From a virus (Duplodnaviria; Caudoviricetes), in the IMG/VR virus record IMGVR_UViG_3300035676_000001: a stretch of DNA of 64,000 nt; one strand, written 5' to 3'. Below are positions 1 through 10,044 of this stretch, piece by piece. Each line of letters begins with the position of its first letter. Position 1 is the first letter of the stretch. A program made the translations under genes and the position numbers. A model generated the notes under the pieces. That model worked only from the letters and a program-made list of their open reading frames with translations, had not been told where the DNA came from and searched no databases.

Positions 1-687
1 GCCGTAAAATTGAGCACTGTTGCTGGCAACAGTTTGACTAGTATGCGTAAATGTTCTAGTATTTGTACTGATTGTACTACTAGTAGCTCTATAAAAAATT
101 ACTTCAGTAGCATCAAGTGTTAAACCTACCATATACCAAACATTTGTAGTCAAACTAAGTCCTGTATCATATCCGTATGTATTTGATGCATTATTATTCC
201 AGAAATATCCAATCCTACCAGTTGAATTCTGAAATTCTAGTCCAAATTGTGTGCCACTACCGTATCTAGTATCAAAACCACCTTGAATGGAACTACTGTC
301 AGTTTGTCTGCACCAGAAAATAATTGAAGCTGCAGAATATGTTCCCACAGTTCTATTAGTAACTTGCCAGTGGTTATTATTAGAAGTAGTAAAGTATGAG
401 GGTATTCCACTTGTATAAGTAGGACTACCAACTTTACTCATATAATTATTGGTTCCATCTGCAGTATAAGAGTCATCCCAGGTAGAACCACCAGAATAAC
501 TAGAAGGTTTCCAATTAGCAATCAACCCACTAATACCTTTCCCATAAAAATCAGCAAAACTAATCTGTCCATTGGAGGGAACTCCATTATCTACTCCATA
601 ATATTCATCAATTCCTATAGGGTTTGAACCGCCAAATTCGGTTTGAATATCTAAGAGACTAATTGCCCCAGAAGATGGTAAAACCAT
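1..687 (-). CDS. Tail-fibre/virion protein with LamG/concanavalin-like domain (runs off window edge; not in ORF track)
   Basis: Manual translation from ATG at 687 (TAATG overlap with the upstream stop) is open to position 1: MVLPSSGAISLLDIQTEFGGSNPIGIDEYYG...SIIFWCRQT...NVWYMVGLTLD. Confidence 0.75.
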   Translation of the reverse strand, partial: MVLPSSGAISLLDIQTEFGGSNPIGIDEYYGVDNGVPSNGQISFADFYGKGISGLIANWKPSSYSGGSTWDDSYTADGTNNYMSKVGSPTYTSGIPSYFTTSNNNHWQVTNRTVGTYSAASIIFWCRQTDSSSIQGGFDTRYGSGTQFGLEFQNSTGRIGYFWNNNASNTYGYDTGLSLTTNVWYMVGLTLDATEVIFYRATSSTISTNTRTFTHTSQTVASNSAQFYG

Positions 688-1250
688 TACCTATTCTCCA
701 AGTTTTCTATTCTCTTTTGTAGTTTTTCGATAATTTGTTGCTGTTCTTTAATTCCTTCAATTAAAAGTGGAACTAATTTATCATACTGAACTGTTTTATA
801 ATTTTTCCCACTAATAGAATATTCATTTCCATTTTCATCTTGTCCAATATCAAAAGGAGCAGCAACAACAATTTGTGGAAGAACTGCTTCTACTTCTTGT
901 GCTATTACACCGACTTGTTCTTTCTTATCATAATAACCATAACCCTCAGCAAGTTTATTACTGTTGAAAGTAACTCCATTTAATGATAAAATTTTTGATA
1001 ATGCACTTGGAATGGGTTTAATATTCTCTTTAAGTCTTCTATCAGAATAGTATGCGGTAATATTATTTGTTGCACGAATTTCTCCAGCAGTTCCCGATGC
1101 TGCGGTTCCTACTCCAAAAGAATTTACTTGATAACTACTTCCAGTAACTAGTGCCGAAGCGGTTCCAGTAAGAGTACCTTCGATAGTATTAAAAAAAGTT
1201 GCTTTTTTATTGAAATAAGACTCATTACCAAATACTGTAATATCAGACAT
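687..1250 (-). CDS. Short tail-fibre protein with Peptidase S74 intramolecular chaperone domain
   Basis: YYSDRRLKENIKPI...GVIAQEVEAVLP...VQYDKLVPLLIEGIKEQQQ, followed by a C-terminal coiled coil. Confidence 0.85.
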   Translation of the reverse strand: MSDITVFGNESYFNKKATFFNTIEGTLTGTASALVTGSSYQVNSFGVGTAASGTAGEIRATNNITAYYSDRRLKENIKPIPSALSKILSLNGVTFNSNKLAEGYGYYDKKEQVGVIAQEVEAVLPQIVVAAPFDIGQDENGNEYSISGKNYKTVQYDKLVPLLIEGIKEQQQIIEKLQKRIENLENR

Positions 1251-1251
1251 C

Positions 1252-1824
1252 TTACAATACCGCGTCTATGACTGTACCGACTAATCCACCAAAGAGACCT
1301 TTAATTACATCAGCACCAACATAACTATCAGAAAATACTTTAGTAGTAAAATCTTCACCTAAAGCCTGAATTAAAGTTCCAGTAGATCCTTTTACATCTA
1401 CCTTATTTCCTTGTATTAAAGTTCTACCAGATCCACTTTTTAATGTAATATTTCTTCCTGCCTTCAGCATAATATCTTCATCTGCTGAAAGTATAATGTT
1501 TGCTGCCTTAATACGAACCGTGCCGTGAGTTGAAACTACATCAACATTTCCACTCAAACCAGCGATTACAATATCTTCATTCTTTCCATCACTCTTATAT
1601 CCAGATATAATTTCAACACTATAATCATTCTTGATCGATAAACGACCAGAGTTACTTAATGAAATAGATGATTGAGTATCTTGTGTAGCGGCATATATCT
1701 TATAAACATCTGTTCCACTTGCACCCATTGCTGGATTAGAAGTATCAATCCTAAACTGAGGATTGAAACTCATCAATTGTCTTGCGTAAATATTTTGATC
1801 TGGTCTTTCTGCTACTGTGGGCAT
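1252..1824 (-). CDS. Baseplate spike/gp5 C-terminal-like beta-helix protein
   Basis: Directly after gp5; repetitive beta-strand pattern (IILSADEDIMLKAGRNITLKSG). Confidence 0.5.
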   Translation of the reverse strand: MPTVAERPDQNIYARQLMSFNPQFRIDTSNPAMGASGTDVYKIYAATQDTQSSISLSNSGRLSIKNDYSVEIISGYKSDGKNEDIVIAGLSGNVDVVSTHGTVRIKAANIILSADEDIMLKAGRNITLKSGSGRTLIQGNKVDVKGSTGTLIQALGEDFTTKVFSDSYVGADVIKGLFGGLVGTVIDAVL

Positions 1825-1825
1825 C

Positions 1826-3769
1826 TTATGTTACACAATCTACGACTTTTTGAATTTCGCCCGTGAAGTTTGGATCTGAAAGTATTGGACGAAGAACTGC
1901 TCCACCACCAGTTTGAGATTTAACCGTAAGAACAGGTAGAGATTGAACTACATTATTTAGAGGTTCTACTTGATAGATAGCCCCATTAACAATTTGTGTT
2001 TTATATTCGTTTCCACGATTATCAACAACAATATCTCCATCTTCATATCCAGAACCAGGTTGCTCAATAATCACTTCAGATACTGAGTATTCTGTTATGT
2101 CTGATGGAGTATAATTCTCACCTTCAGATACAATATAAATTGATGTTACTTGACCCATATCATTAATTAGTGCTCTTGCTGTAGCACCATATCCCTGACC
2201 AGCATCATCTACAATTTCTACAAATGGTGGGTAAGTATAACCAGATCCACCATCCGTAACCTGAACTCCAATCACACTTGCTCTTACTGTTCCGTTTGAA
2301 TCTTGTGTATATGAACCAAAGATAGGGATACCAGTTGCCCCAGTTCCAGAACTTCCGCCACCAAAGATATTGACTACTGCAACACTTGCATTTTCAATAG
2401 CACCAGTGAAGCATTCTGCAATATCATTTAGATTTTGACCAACATTCTTGAGATTAATTGCTTCCATAATATTCTGATAATTTTCGGAAGCAACAAATGC
2501 TTCTCCAGCACCAACCACCCACTCTTTCGCCATTCCCTGTAATCCACCTTTAGCTTGATTACAATCAAATGCAATACCACTTGATTGGAGAATTTCGGAA
2601 GCAGTTCTCAAAGCATTTCCAACACTAAAATCTGAGAAGAATTGTAGGAGTTTTTCTAATCCACCAAGAACTGTAGATAATCCTCCTTCAATTGTATCAA
2701 TAATCGTATTAACTAGAGTCCCTATAAACTGGTCTGCGGCACAACTTACAAATCTCTCAACATTTTCTACAACAGAGTAAAGTAAATCAGAAACAATATC
2801 TTTTAAATTATCGACAACAGTACCTGCAACACAGGAAATAGAATCTTCTAAAAGTTTAACAGGACCGACCATTGATTCTTGTGCAAGTTTACCCCATTCG
2901 TGAGCTATAGGGTAACTTCCAGTTGCTGCAAGAGTTTGTGCAAATACTAATTTATAAAGCAAATCCAATCCTTTTTTTAAAAGACCTACCAATCCAGGAA
3001 ATTCTTCGTTACCATTAATTAAAAAATTAAATGACTGACCAACAAAATCATTCGCATATCTAGCAATGGTATCAGCAGCCTTTCTAATTTCTTGACTTAC
3101 CTTTGATAGGTAGTTTTGTGAGTCTTTTAAGAAAGTCCTTATTTTCTTCAATAAATTTTTAACTTCATTTTTGATTCCCAGAATCGCATCATTTTCGGGA
3201 CTTGCTAGAGTTACTCGTTCACCGTTTGCCTGACTATCTGCTGGATTTTCTGGGTCTTTTAATTTTGCAAGTTCTGGAGGAAGATTTGGTGGAGTTTCTG
3301 CAGAGTTTTTTGTTTGCTCACTATTCTCACTTGATTTTATTGTTGCTGGTTGTTTTGGAATATAATCAGTGTTTCCAGTAAAAGGAACAAATGGATTACT
3401 ATAAGGTAATTTTGAAACTTCTGATGTTCTACCAAATGCACCCATAATTACGGGAATTTGAGCATTATCACCATCAAGGAAAAATCCAAAAACTACATCA
3501 GATGGTTGTAATTGAACTCCAGTAGAGCAATTTGCTGCTCCAGTGCCTGCAGTTGTTGGTAATAAAACTTGTGCCCAAGGTAAATCTTCATTGGAAAGAT
3601 CTGCAACATTATAAGGATGATATCCAATGATTCTTACCTTGTATCTGTATGACCAACCACCACCTTCTGCTTGAGACTTCCAAGCATCAATAGGAGCAAT
3701 CTGCCCAATCCACCAACGGAAACCATCTCTTCCTAAAAAGTTACTTTTGAGTAATGACTCGTCAATCAT
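1826..3769 (-). CDS. gp5: Baseplate hub/central spike gp5 (OB-fold; no lysozyme domain seen)
   Basis: FLGRDGFRWWIGQI...RYKVRIIGYHP...LPWAQVLLP...VFGFFLDG..AQIPVIMG is the gp5/VgrG OB-fold signature. Confidence 0.85.
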   Translation of the reverse strand: MIDESLLKSNFLGRDGFRWWIGQIAPIDAWKSQAEGGGWSYRYKVRIIGYHPYNVADLSNEDLPWAQVLLPTTAGTGAANCSTGVQLQPSDVVFGFFLDGDNAQIPVIMGAFGRTSEVSKLPYSNPFVPFTGNTDYIPKQPATIKSSENSEQTKNSAETPPNLPPELAKLKDPENPADSQANGERVTLASPENDAILGIKNEVKNLLKKIRTFLKDSQNYLSKVSQEIRKAADTIARYANDFVGQSFNFLINGNEEFPGLVGLLKKGLDLLYKLVFAQTLAATGSYPIAHEWGKLAQESMVGPVKLLEDSISCVAGTVVDNLKDIVSDLLYSVVENVERFVSCAADQFIGTLVNTIIDTIEGGLSTVLGGLEKLLQFFSDFSVGNALRTASEILQSSGIAFDCNQAKGGLQGMAKEWVVGAGEAFVASENYQNIMEAINLKNVGQNLNDIAECFTGAIENASVAVVNIFGGGSSGTGATGIPIFGSYTQDSNGTVRASVIGVQVTDGGSGYTYPPFVEIVDDAGQGYGATARALINDMGQVTSIYIVSEGENYTPSDITEYSVSEVIIEQPGSGYEDGDIVVDNRGNEYKTQIVNGAIYQVEPLNNVVQSLPVLTVKSQTGGGAVLRPILSDPNFTGEIQKVVDCVT

Positions 3770-5113
3770 TTATCCTTTCCTTTCTTCTGTATTAATTCCA
3801 AAAGTATCTCTTACAAGTTTCATCGAGGTATATGAATTTTGTGCGTCAAAATGATGACATAACTCCTTAATCATATATAGACCACTTGTTTCGGAGTCAT
3901 ATTCCTTCGCATCTGATTTTGATATTTTTGGAAACTTACATTCAATAACATCACCTGCTCTCAAATTAGTATTCGAAGGAACCATAACACTCAGAGTTTG
4001 TGTAAAAAGAATATTATATCTCATTAATGATTGTGATTGATATAATTTCGGATCAGAATTAAGTTCTCTTGAAGCATCCTTTTCCATTGTTCCAATATCA
4101 AGAACTGCAGTAATAATTCTTGTAGGAACATCTCCTAAAGTTAAATCTGAACCTTCAGATACTTTTGGTAATTTAAGGTCGCTTCCAAGATTCTTTGCCT
4201 TCCCAGAATAATCCTTAAGTTTAAATAATCCTTCCTCATACTTTGAAAATGAGAAGTTTAAAGGATTAAAGAACATACGATGGCTTGCATATGTTCCCAG
4301 TTTAAGTTTCTCGATTAAGTTTTGATTCTTATCAGTGATGTAGTTTAAAATCTTAAAATTATTATTGACTTTGTTATCTTCATTATCATAACCAACTCTT
4401 GCCTGACTATACTCATAAGATGCCTTTGCTTGTTGTAGAATCAGATTATCGATTCCTCTAAATTGAAATCCATCTTGAGTTTGATAAAAGACAAATCCTG
4501 CAGTTCCATCACCAGAAGTTACAGGTACTCCTTTAGATGCTAACCAAATTAAAACAGTGAATGGTTTTTTCATATTACCAATAAATCCATACTTATTTGA
4601 AGTTTGGTCTATCGTTCCAATTTTATTTGCCTTTAAATTTTCTTTTAGAATTTTAGCAACAGATTGATCAATTGAAAGTCCAGTAGGAAATTTCCCCATC
4701 ACTCTAGTTGTTTCGTTTGTAATTGCTTCTCTCGAAACTAGATTTAATGTAAAACTTTCTTTGTTTGTTTCGGAGATTACATCCGTGATACTCGAAACAT
4801 AAAGATAATCATTTGGATTTTTGGAGAAATCAAGTCCAGGATTCGTTGAAGAGTTTCCTGCAATTTTCATAGAAACTCTCTCACCACCTCTTAAAGGTAA
4901 TCCATTATAAATTGATTGCCTTTCTCCATCAGGATTATTTGCAGAAGCAATAGTATTTCCAGTATTAACTACTCTTATCTTTGCAGTAATTGTAGGAGAA
5001 AAAATGTCCTCATAGTAATCTACAATGATAGATCCAGCAGCAATATCTACTCTTCTAGTTTGATCATTAGACTCGATAATGAGCTCTTCAAATACGGATC
5101 TTTTAATAGACAT
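3770..5113 (-). CDS. Baseplate hub protein (gp27/late-control-D-like)
   Basis: Lies upstream of gp5; YYEDIFSPTIT and GLYMIKELCHHF motifs; VPSNTNLRAGDVI C-terminus. Confidence 0.55.
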   Translation of the reverse strand: MSIKRSVFEELIIESNDQTRRVDIAAGSIIVDYYEDIFSPTITAKIRVVNTGNTIASANNPDGERQSIYNGLPLRGGERVSMKIAGNSSTNPGLDFSKNPNDYLYVSSITDVISETNKESFTLNLVSREAITNETTRVMGKFPTGLSIDQSVAKILKENLKANKIGTIDQTSNKYGFIGNMKKPFTVLIWLASKGVPVTSGDGTAGFVFYQTQDGFQFRGIDNLILQQAKASYEYSQARVGYDNEDNKVNNNFKILNYITDKNQNLIEKLKLGTYASHRMFFNPLNFSFSKYEEGLFKLKDYSGKAKNLGSDLKLPKVSEGSDLTLGDVPTRIITAVLDIGTMEKDASRELNSDPKLYQSQSLMRYNILFTQTLSVMVPSNTNLRAGDVIECKFPKISKSDAKEYDSETSGLYMIKELCHHFDAQNSYTSMKLVRDTFGINTEERKG

Positions 5114-7026
5114 TATAGGTAATTTAAATCGAGAAGAAGTTTGTTTTTAATAAAGGTATTTACCAAATCAAATTCATTAACAGAAATGTAATCTCCAGAA
5201 TCACTTCCAGACTGTAGTATTTGTGGAAGTGTTGATTGTCTATCATCAATTACAACAATCTTTCTACCAGTTCTTTCTGTAGTGAGAAGAGCAATAAGTT
5301 CATCATTATAACTTTGCATCTCAATCTCTGCTGGTGTTGGAGTTTGTTTTACACTTCCTGGTGCCTCTGGTTTTAATGATGCTACTGGTGCTGCTGATAT
5401 AATTTGTCCAGAGGTTGTTCTTAATGATTTTCCAATCGCAAGTAATCCAAGATATGGCTCTGGATTAATATGACGACCACCTTTTCTTACTTCATAATGC
5501 AAGTGTTCTCCACGAGATCTACCAGTATTTCCAATTTCACCAATAGTTTCTCCGTTATATTGAGAACCATTTTTTACCATTATTTTTGCTAAATGGGCAA
5601 AATAAAACTCAAGATTTCCAGATTGAATAATAACTAAATTTCCATATCCACCACCATCCCATCCAGCGAAGGTGACTTTTCCATTTTGTCTAAATGCTAC
5701 ATAGTATCCTTTTTGATGACTAGTTCCAATATCAATTCCTTTGTGTGCTCCTCCCCTTGCTAGATATTCACTACTTCTTCCAACGGTTGGATTTGTATTT
5801 CCAACAACATCTACTTCACCAACTACTGAAGTTACTAATTTTCCAGGAACTTGAGGAGTAGATTTTGCTATTGGTGGTATTGTCTTAGTTCCAAAATCTG
5901 GAACTGATGCAGTTTGATCACCTTTATAGTTTTCATACCATCCGAAATAATTATCTCCAGATTTTCTTTGTATTCCTCCAGAAACTTCATATCCCCTAAA
6001 ATCAGTTCTTCCACCAACAAATTCTGCTGCTTTTTTTTGTAGTGATGGATTTGCTATGTTCTTAGCAACATTTTGAATTGTAGAAACACTAAATCCGGTT
6101 GCTTTAGCTGCTGACTGAGCATCAGTAATTTGATACCATTCTTTATTTGGGGTTTGTTGCGCTTTCTTTTTTGGATATTCCCAAGTTGGAGCATATTGAC
6201 CACCCCTTAATATAAGTTCCCTAACACTTTTACTACCATAAGCGCCCGATACTGCCCTATTATAAATTGATTGGGCAACATCTGCCTGTCCCTGAGGATC
6301 ATTACTATCTTCTCTAGAAACAACAGCAACTAGTGTCCAAAAATCAGAATCTCCTCCGCTAACTGAAGGTTGTGAAGGTTGCCTGTAAGCATCAGGTTCT
6401 TCAGTAATAGTTCCAATCTTTGGAATATTTTTAAATGGTTCAGTAAGAACAGCAAATGCATCACTAATACCTACACCTAATCCATCAATATTTGTAATTA
6501 AATCTTGAAAAGAAGATCTAACAAGAAAAGAACTATCAGTAAAATCAAGATTTGCTAGATTAATAAATGCTGATTGAAGAATTTCGCCCAAACTACTTAT
6601 TACCTTCATCGTTTCATCACCATATTCACTCAAAATAGATGTTGCCTTTATGATTCTTCCAGTAAATTGCTCACCTAACGCAATCCAAGTTGGTAGATTT
6701 CCTAGTATCCAACCAGCAGAAAGATATCCAATAAAACCAAATAATCTATCTTTTAGACTAGTTCCACTAGAAGATTGTGCTAATGATCTTGCACCACCCA
6801 CTTTGGTTATAACTGTTGGAGCAGAAACTTGATCTTGAAGTGCTTTTCTTTTTCCAATTTGTATTCTTCTTTCCTTGAATAATCTTATGCTTGATCCAAT
6901 ATTTTTTCTATCGGTTATCTTTTTAGATAAAATATTAGAAATACCAGCAATATTCTTTTTAGACGATGCCGTTTGTTGTTTGGTATCTGATATAGTTCTA
7001 AAAATACTACTAGAAATAACTGCCAT
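5113..7026 (-). CDS. Virion hub/tape-measure-associated protein with cell-wall hydrolase-like and M23 peptidase domains
   Basis: VVSREDSNDPQGQADVAQSIYNR (SleB/hydrolase-like), HKGIDIG...HLHYEVR (M23 HxxxD/HxH). Confidence 0.75.
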   Translation of the reverse strand: MAVISSSIFRTISDTKQQTASSKKNIAGISNILSKKITDRKNIGSSIRLFKERRIQIGKRKALQDQVSAPTVITKVGGARSLAQSSSGTSLKDRLFGFIGYLSAGWILGNLPTWIALGEQFTGRIIKATSILSEYGDETMKVISSLGEILQSAFINLANLDFTDSSFLVRSSFQDLITNIDGLGVGISDAFAVLTEPFKNIPKIGTITEEPDAYRQPSQPSVSGGDSDFWTLVAVVSREDSNDPQGQADVAQSIYNRAVSGAYGSKSVRELILRGGQYAPTWEYPKKKAQQTPNKEWYQITDAQSAAKATGFSVSTIQNVAKNIANPSLQKKAAEFVGGRTDFRGYEVSGGIQRKSGDNYFGWYENYKGDQTASVPDFGTKTIPPIAKSTPQVPGKLVTSVVGEVDVVGNTNPTVGRSSEYLARGGAHKGIDIGTSHQKGYYVAFRQNGKVTFAGWDGGGYGNLVIIQSGNLEFYFAHLAKIMVKNGSQYNGETIGEIGNTGRSRGEHLHYEVRKGGRHINPEPYLGLLAIGKSLRTTSGQIISAAPVASLKPEAPGSVKQTPTPAEIEMQSYNDELIALLTTERTGRKIVVIDDRQSTLPQILQSGSDSGDYISVNEFDLVNTFIKNKLLLDLNYL

Positions 7027-7027
7027 C

Positions 7028-8305
7028 TTACATCACCACATTATAGTTAAGTTGTGAATATAATGTGTAGAAATTATCAGGATTTGATGAGGAAATCAAA
7101 GGAACATCAGTAATGGGTCCAGATTGTTGATCCTGTGCTGCTCCTTGTTGCTGGTTTCCAGTTGTTGTATAAATGATATCTGGTTTTGGTTCTGGTGATG
7201 GACCAACATTTGGAGTTTGTGTTTGTGATGGTTGAATCTGTGCTGGTGGTTTATATGTGACCACTGGAATTGATTTTGGTCCTGGTGTATCTTTACCACT
7301 TTCTGTCGATATTTCAGGAGAACCTGGTTGAGGACCTGGAGGACCACTAAATCCAAGCATATCTTTGAATTGATCTACCTTATCAGAAGCAAATGCTTGT
7401 AAAGAAGAAAAATTAATATTTTTTCCCAATTCAAACTTTGGTATCATTGGATTTTGTGCTGCTGGAGCACCTGCTTTTTGATTTTGATTTTTTCCAAAAA
7501 TATTTCCACCAAACATTTCTGCAATTGCGTCTGCAGCATATGCTGTACCAGTAATTAATCTTGTTTGTGGAATAAGTAATGAAGTGAATGCTAATGCAGC
7601 ATCAAAATTCTGACCAGTTGCTACATCTACTGTTCCACCAAGTGCAGTAACTCCTTTACCCAACAATGATAATATATCAAATCCACCTGCTGCCGCTGCT
7701 GCACCTGCTCCAGCAGCCCCAGCACCTGGTTTCACCTTCAAGAAGTTTTTAAATAAATCAGAAACTGCTTTTAGAGGTGATTTTGCTAAATCCTTTGCAA
7801 TATCAAAAACTTTAGATGTAACTCCACGAATAGAATTAACAACTCTAGTAAATCCTCCCCTCATAAGAGAGAAAGAAGAAGTAATAAATCCTAAAGATGA
7901 TTTAAAGATACCACGAATATCAGTTAATTTTCGTAGATTTGCTGTTGCACCTTTTGTAAGTGCAGATATTCCTAAAAGACCAAATCCAGTTCCAAATAAT
8001 TTTTTAAGAGCTCCAGTTGCCCCATCAAAAGTAGAAGTTAGTTTTGGTTCTATTTTTTTGATGGGTTCAACAAGTGCTGCAGAAACAGTTTGTTGTAATT
8101 GCTCCTCTTGACCAACTCTTACTTCTCTTTCTACTAATTTCTTTTCTTGATCCTGCTCTAAACGAAGTCTTTGAGATTCTAGAGCACTGTCGGTTTGTAT
8201 TAACGATGCAATACCCTGCAATCCAGAGTTTACACCAGAAACTTCTGAACGAATATTATCAAGTTGTCCTTGAATTGAAACTAGTGGTGAGCTATAACTA
8301 GCCAT
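7028..8305 (-). CDS. Putative baseplate hub/tape-measure-like protein (gp29-like position)
   Basis: Coiled-coil N-terminus, Ala/Gly-rich middle, Pro/Gln-rich tail; sits between gp51 and the hub genes. Confidence 0.45.
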   Translation of the reverse strand: MASYSSPLVSIQGQLDNIRSEVSGVNSGLQGIASLIQTDSALESQRLRLEQDQEKKLVEREVRVGQEEQLQQTVSAALVEPIKKIEPKLTSTFDGATGALKKLFGTGFGLLGISALTKGATANLRKLTDIRGIFKSSLGFITSSFSLMRGGFTRVVNSIRGVTSKVFDIAKDLAKSPLKAVSDLFKNFLKVKPGAGAAGAGAAAAAGGFDILSLLGKGVTALGGTVDVATGQNFDAALAFTSLLIPQTRLITGTAYAADAIAEMFGGNIFGKNQNQKAGAPAAQNPMIPKFELGKNINFSSLQAFASDKVDQFKDMLGFSGPPGPQPGSPEISTESGKDTPGPKSIPVVTYKPPAQIQPSQTQTPNVGPSPEPKPDIIYTTTGNQQQGAAQDQQSGPITDVPLISSSNPDNFYTLYSQLNYNVVM

Positions 8306-8471
8306 TAGATGCGTTCTTCAGGTTTTCCTCTTCAATATACTGTTGGAGGAGACCAACATAAACTTCTCTCTCCCACGGTATCATATTCTCTAAATCACTC
8401 AAAGAATATTTATGATGCTGAAGCAGCGCAAAATTAGTTTTATAATATGACGCAAGATCTTCGTGCGCCAT
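8298..8471 (-). CDS. gp51: Baseplate hub assembly catalyst gp51-like (57 aa, missed by ORF track)
   Basis: MAHEDLASYYKTNFALLQHHKYSLSDLENMIPWEREVYVGLLQQYIEEEN; directly follows gp26. Confidence 0.7.
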   Translation of the reverse strand: MAHEDLASYYKTNFALLQHHKYSLSDLENMIPWEREVYVGLLQQYIEEENLKNASNG

Positions 8472-8473
8472 CG

Positions 8474-9193
8474 CTAGGCGAAAAAAGATGTTAAGCCCTC
8501 AAGAACAACCTCACTTTCTACTCCAGTATTTGGATTTTTGATGTTAATTGTATGAGAAAGTTTAGGCATAGTCTCAAAGAATCTTTCAATTTCTTTGAAT
8601 TGACTTGATGTAAGTTGCTCAAGAAATTCATTCAACTCTTTTTTAGTTACATCAGATGCTGCCCAAGATTCTTCTTCACTATAGATTTGTTCAACACAAG
8701 AAGTAATCATACCAAAAGTGTCTTCAACTGTTACTTCAGATTCATTTGAAAAATTACTCTTAATAAATTCTTCCATCGAAGGATACTTCATTCTCAAGGT
8801 TAAACTATCATCAAGTTTAATATCACGAGAATGGTCTGATTTTACCTGAACTTTAATCTCATCTAGATTAATACTTACCGGAACTTGTGTTGTTCCATCA
8901 TCTGGGCAAGTAATAAGAACATCAACTTCTTCTCCAACAGATTTACCTCTGATATTCAGAAAAAGATATTCAATATCAAAAGTTGAAAGTTGTTCAATCT
9001 TAATACCTCTGGTAATAACACAATTTCCAATTACCGTTTTTACTGCTTCGGCAATCTGCTTCGGATCCTCACTCTCCATTGCGATGATAAGAATTTTTTC
9101 TTCTTTAACTAGAAAAGGACGATATTTGACTGACTTTTTTAATGAAGGAATTTCCAACTCATATGTTGGCGTAGCAATCTTTGGTAAAGGCAT
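8474..9193 (-). CDS. gp26: Baseplate hub subunit gp26
   Basis: MPLPKIATPTYEL..KYRPFLVKEEKILIIA...FDIEYLFLNIRGKSVGE. Confidence 0.9.
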   Translation of the reverse strand: MPLPKIATPTYELEIPSLKKSVKYRPFLVKEEKILIIAMESEDPKQIAEAVKTVIGNCVITRGIKIEQLSTFDIEYLFLNIRGKSVGEEVDVLITCPDDGTTQVPVSINLDEIKVQVKSDHSRDIKLDDSLTLRMKYPSMEEFIKSNFSNESEVTVEDTFGMITSCVEQIYSEEESWAASDVTKKELNEFLEQLTSSQFKEIERFFETMPKLSHTINIKNPNTGVESEVVLEGLTSFFA

Positions 9194-9233
9194 AATGACC
9201 TATAGAACTTCAGTAAAATTATTTAGTGGGTTA

Positions 9234-10004
9234 TCAGAATGTTGTTGGATACGATGTAGGTCTGGGAGTTACACCTTGATCAACTCCAGCACCAGGAGAT
9301 TGATAATATATTGGTTGATTTGGAGTAGTTTGTTTTGGTTCATTCGATTCATTATTATTATCATCTCCTTTATATTGATTAACACTTAATGCTTTACCAG
9401 CAATATAACGGTCATACTGAAATGAAGCAGATACTTTTAAAACATCTGAAGAAACATAAGAAATTTGAGGAGGACTTATATAAATTGGCCAAAGACCCTT
9501 AAAGGTGTATTCAACTTCTGCTTTATAATTCCTATCAAATTTAATAATTCTAGTAAAATTACATTTATAATATTCAGGATACTGCATTCTTATAAAATAA
9601 CTATCTTCATTCTGACTAACTGCTGGAGAAACACCATCAATAGTATTATGAGAACCGCTAGCAATAAATTCTATCCAGGATTCTAAAAATTTAAGAGTTT
9701 TATATTGACTATCAATATAAAATTCCAGTGTTATCTCATTATAACTTCTACTATAGGCAAACTTTTCTTGAATTCCCGTATAGTTCCCATCAACCATTTT
9801 TACATTTAATGTGGAAGTGGGAAGAGAAGCAGAATAACATAACAATCCAGCATCACCTACAACAAATCTAGATGTAACTCCTCTTTTACGAAGATAATCT
9901 TTTAATTCGTTTGGTAGCCCACCAAATTGAACTTCATAGTGCGAAGATTGGGCAAGATTTGTTAATAGTGGTCTTATGTCAGATATTCTGCGTTTAATAG
10001 CCAC
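9234..10004 (-). CDS. Baseplate tail-tube initiator gp54-like (tube fold)
   Basis: YNEITLEFYID..YKTLKFLESW..VLKVSASFQYDRY; position between gp4 and gp26; GTG start. Confidence 0.6.
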   Translation of the reverse strand: MAIKRRISDIRPLLTNLAQSSHYEVQFGGLPNELKDYLRKRGVTSRFVVGDAGLLCYSASLPTSTLNVKMVDGNYTGIQEKFAYSRSYNEITLEFYIDSQYKTLKFLESWIEFIASGSHNTIDGVSPAVSQNEDSYFIRMQYPEYYKCNFTRIIKFDRNYKAEVEYTFKGLWPIYISPPQISYVSSDVLKVSASFQYDRYIAGKALSVNQYKGDDNNNESNEPKQTTPNQPIYYQSPGAGVDQGVTPRPTSYPTTF

Positions 10005-10006
10005 TC

Positions 10007-10043
10007 TAAATACCTTATACGAGTCTTATATTATAAGTATTTA
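10007..10043. promoter_or_regulatory. Face-to-face T4-type late promoters for gp4 (+, TAAATA 10007-10012) and the gp54-like gene (-, 10038-10043)
   Basis: TAAATA on each strand within the 40-bp intergenic gap. Confidence 0.65.
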
Positions 10044-10044
10044 G

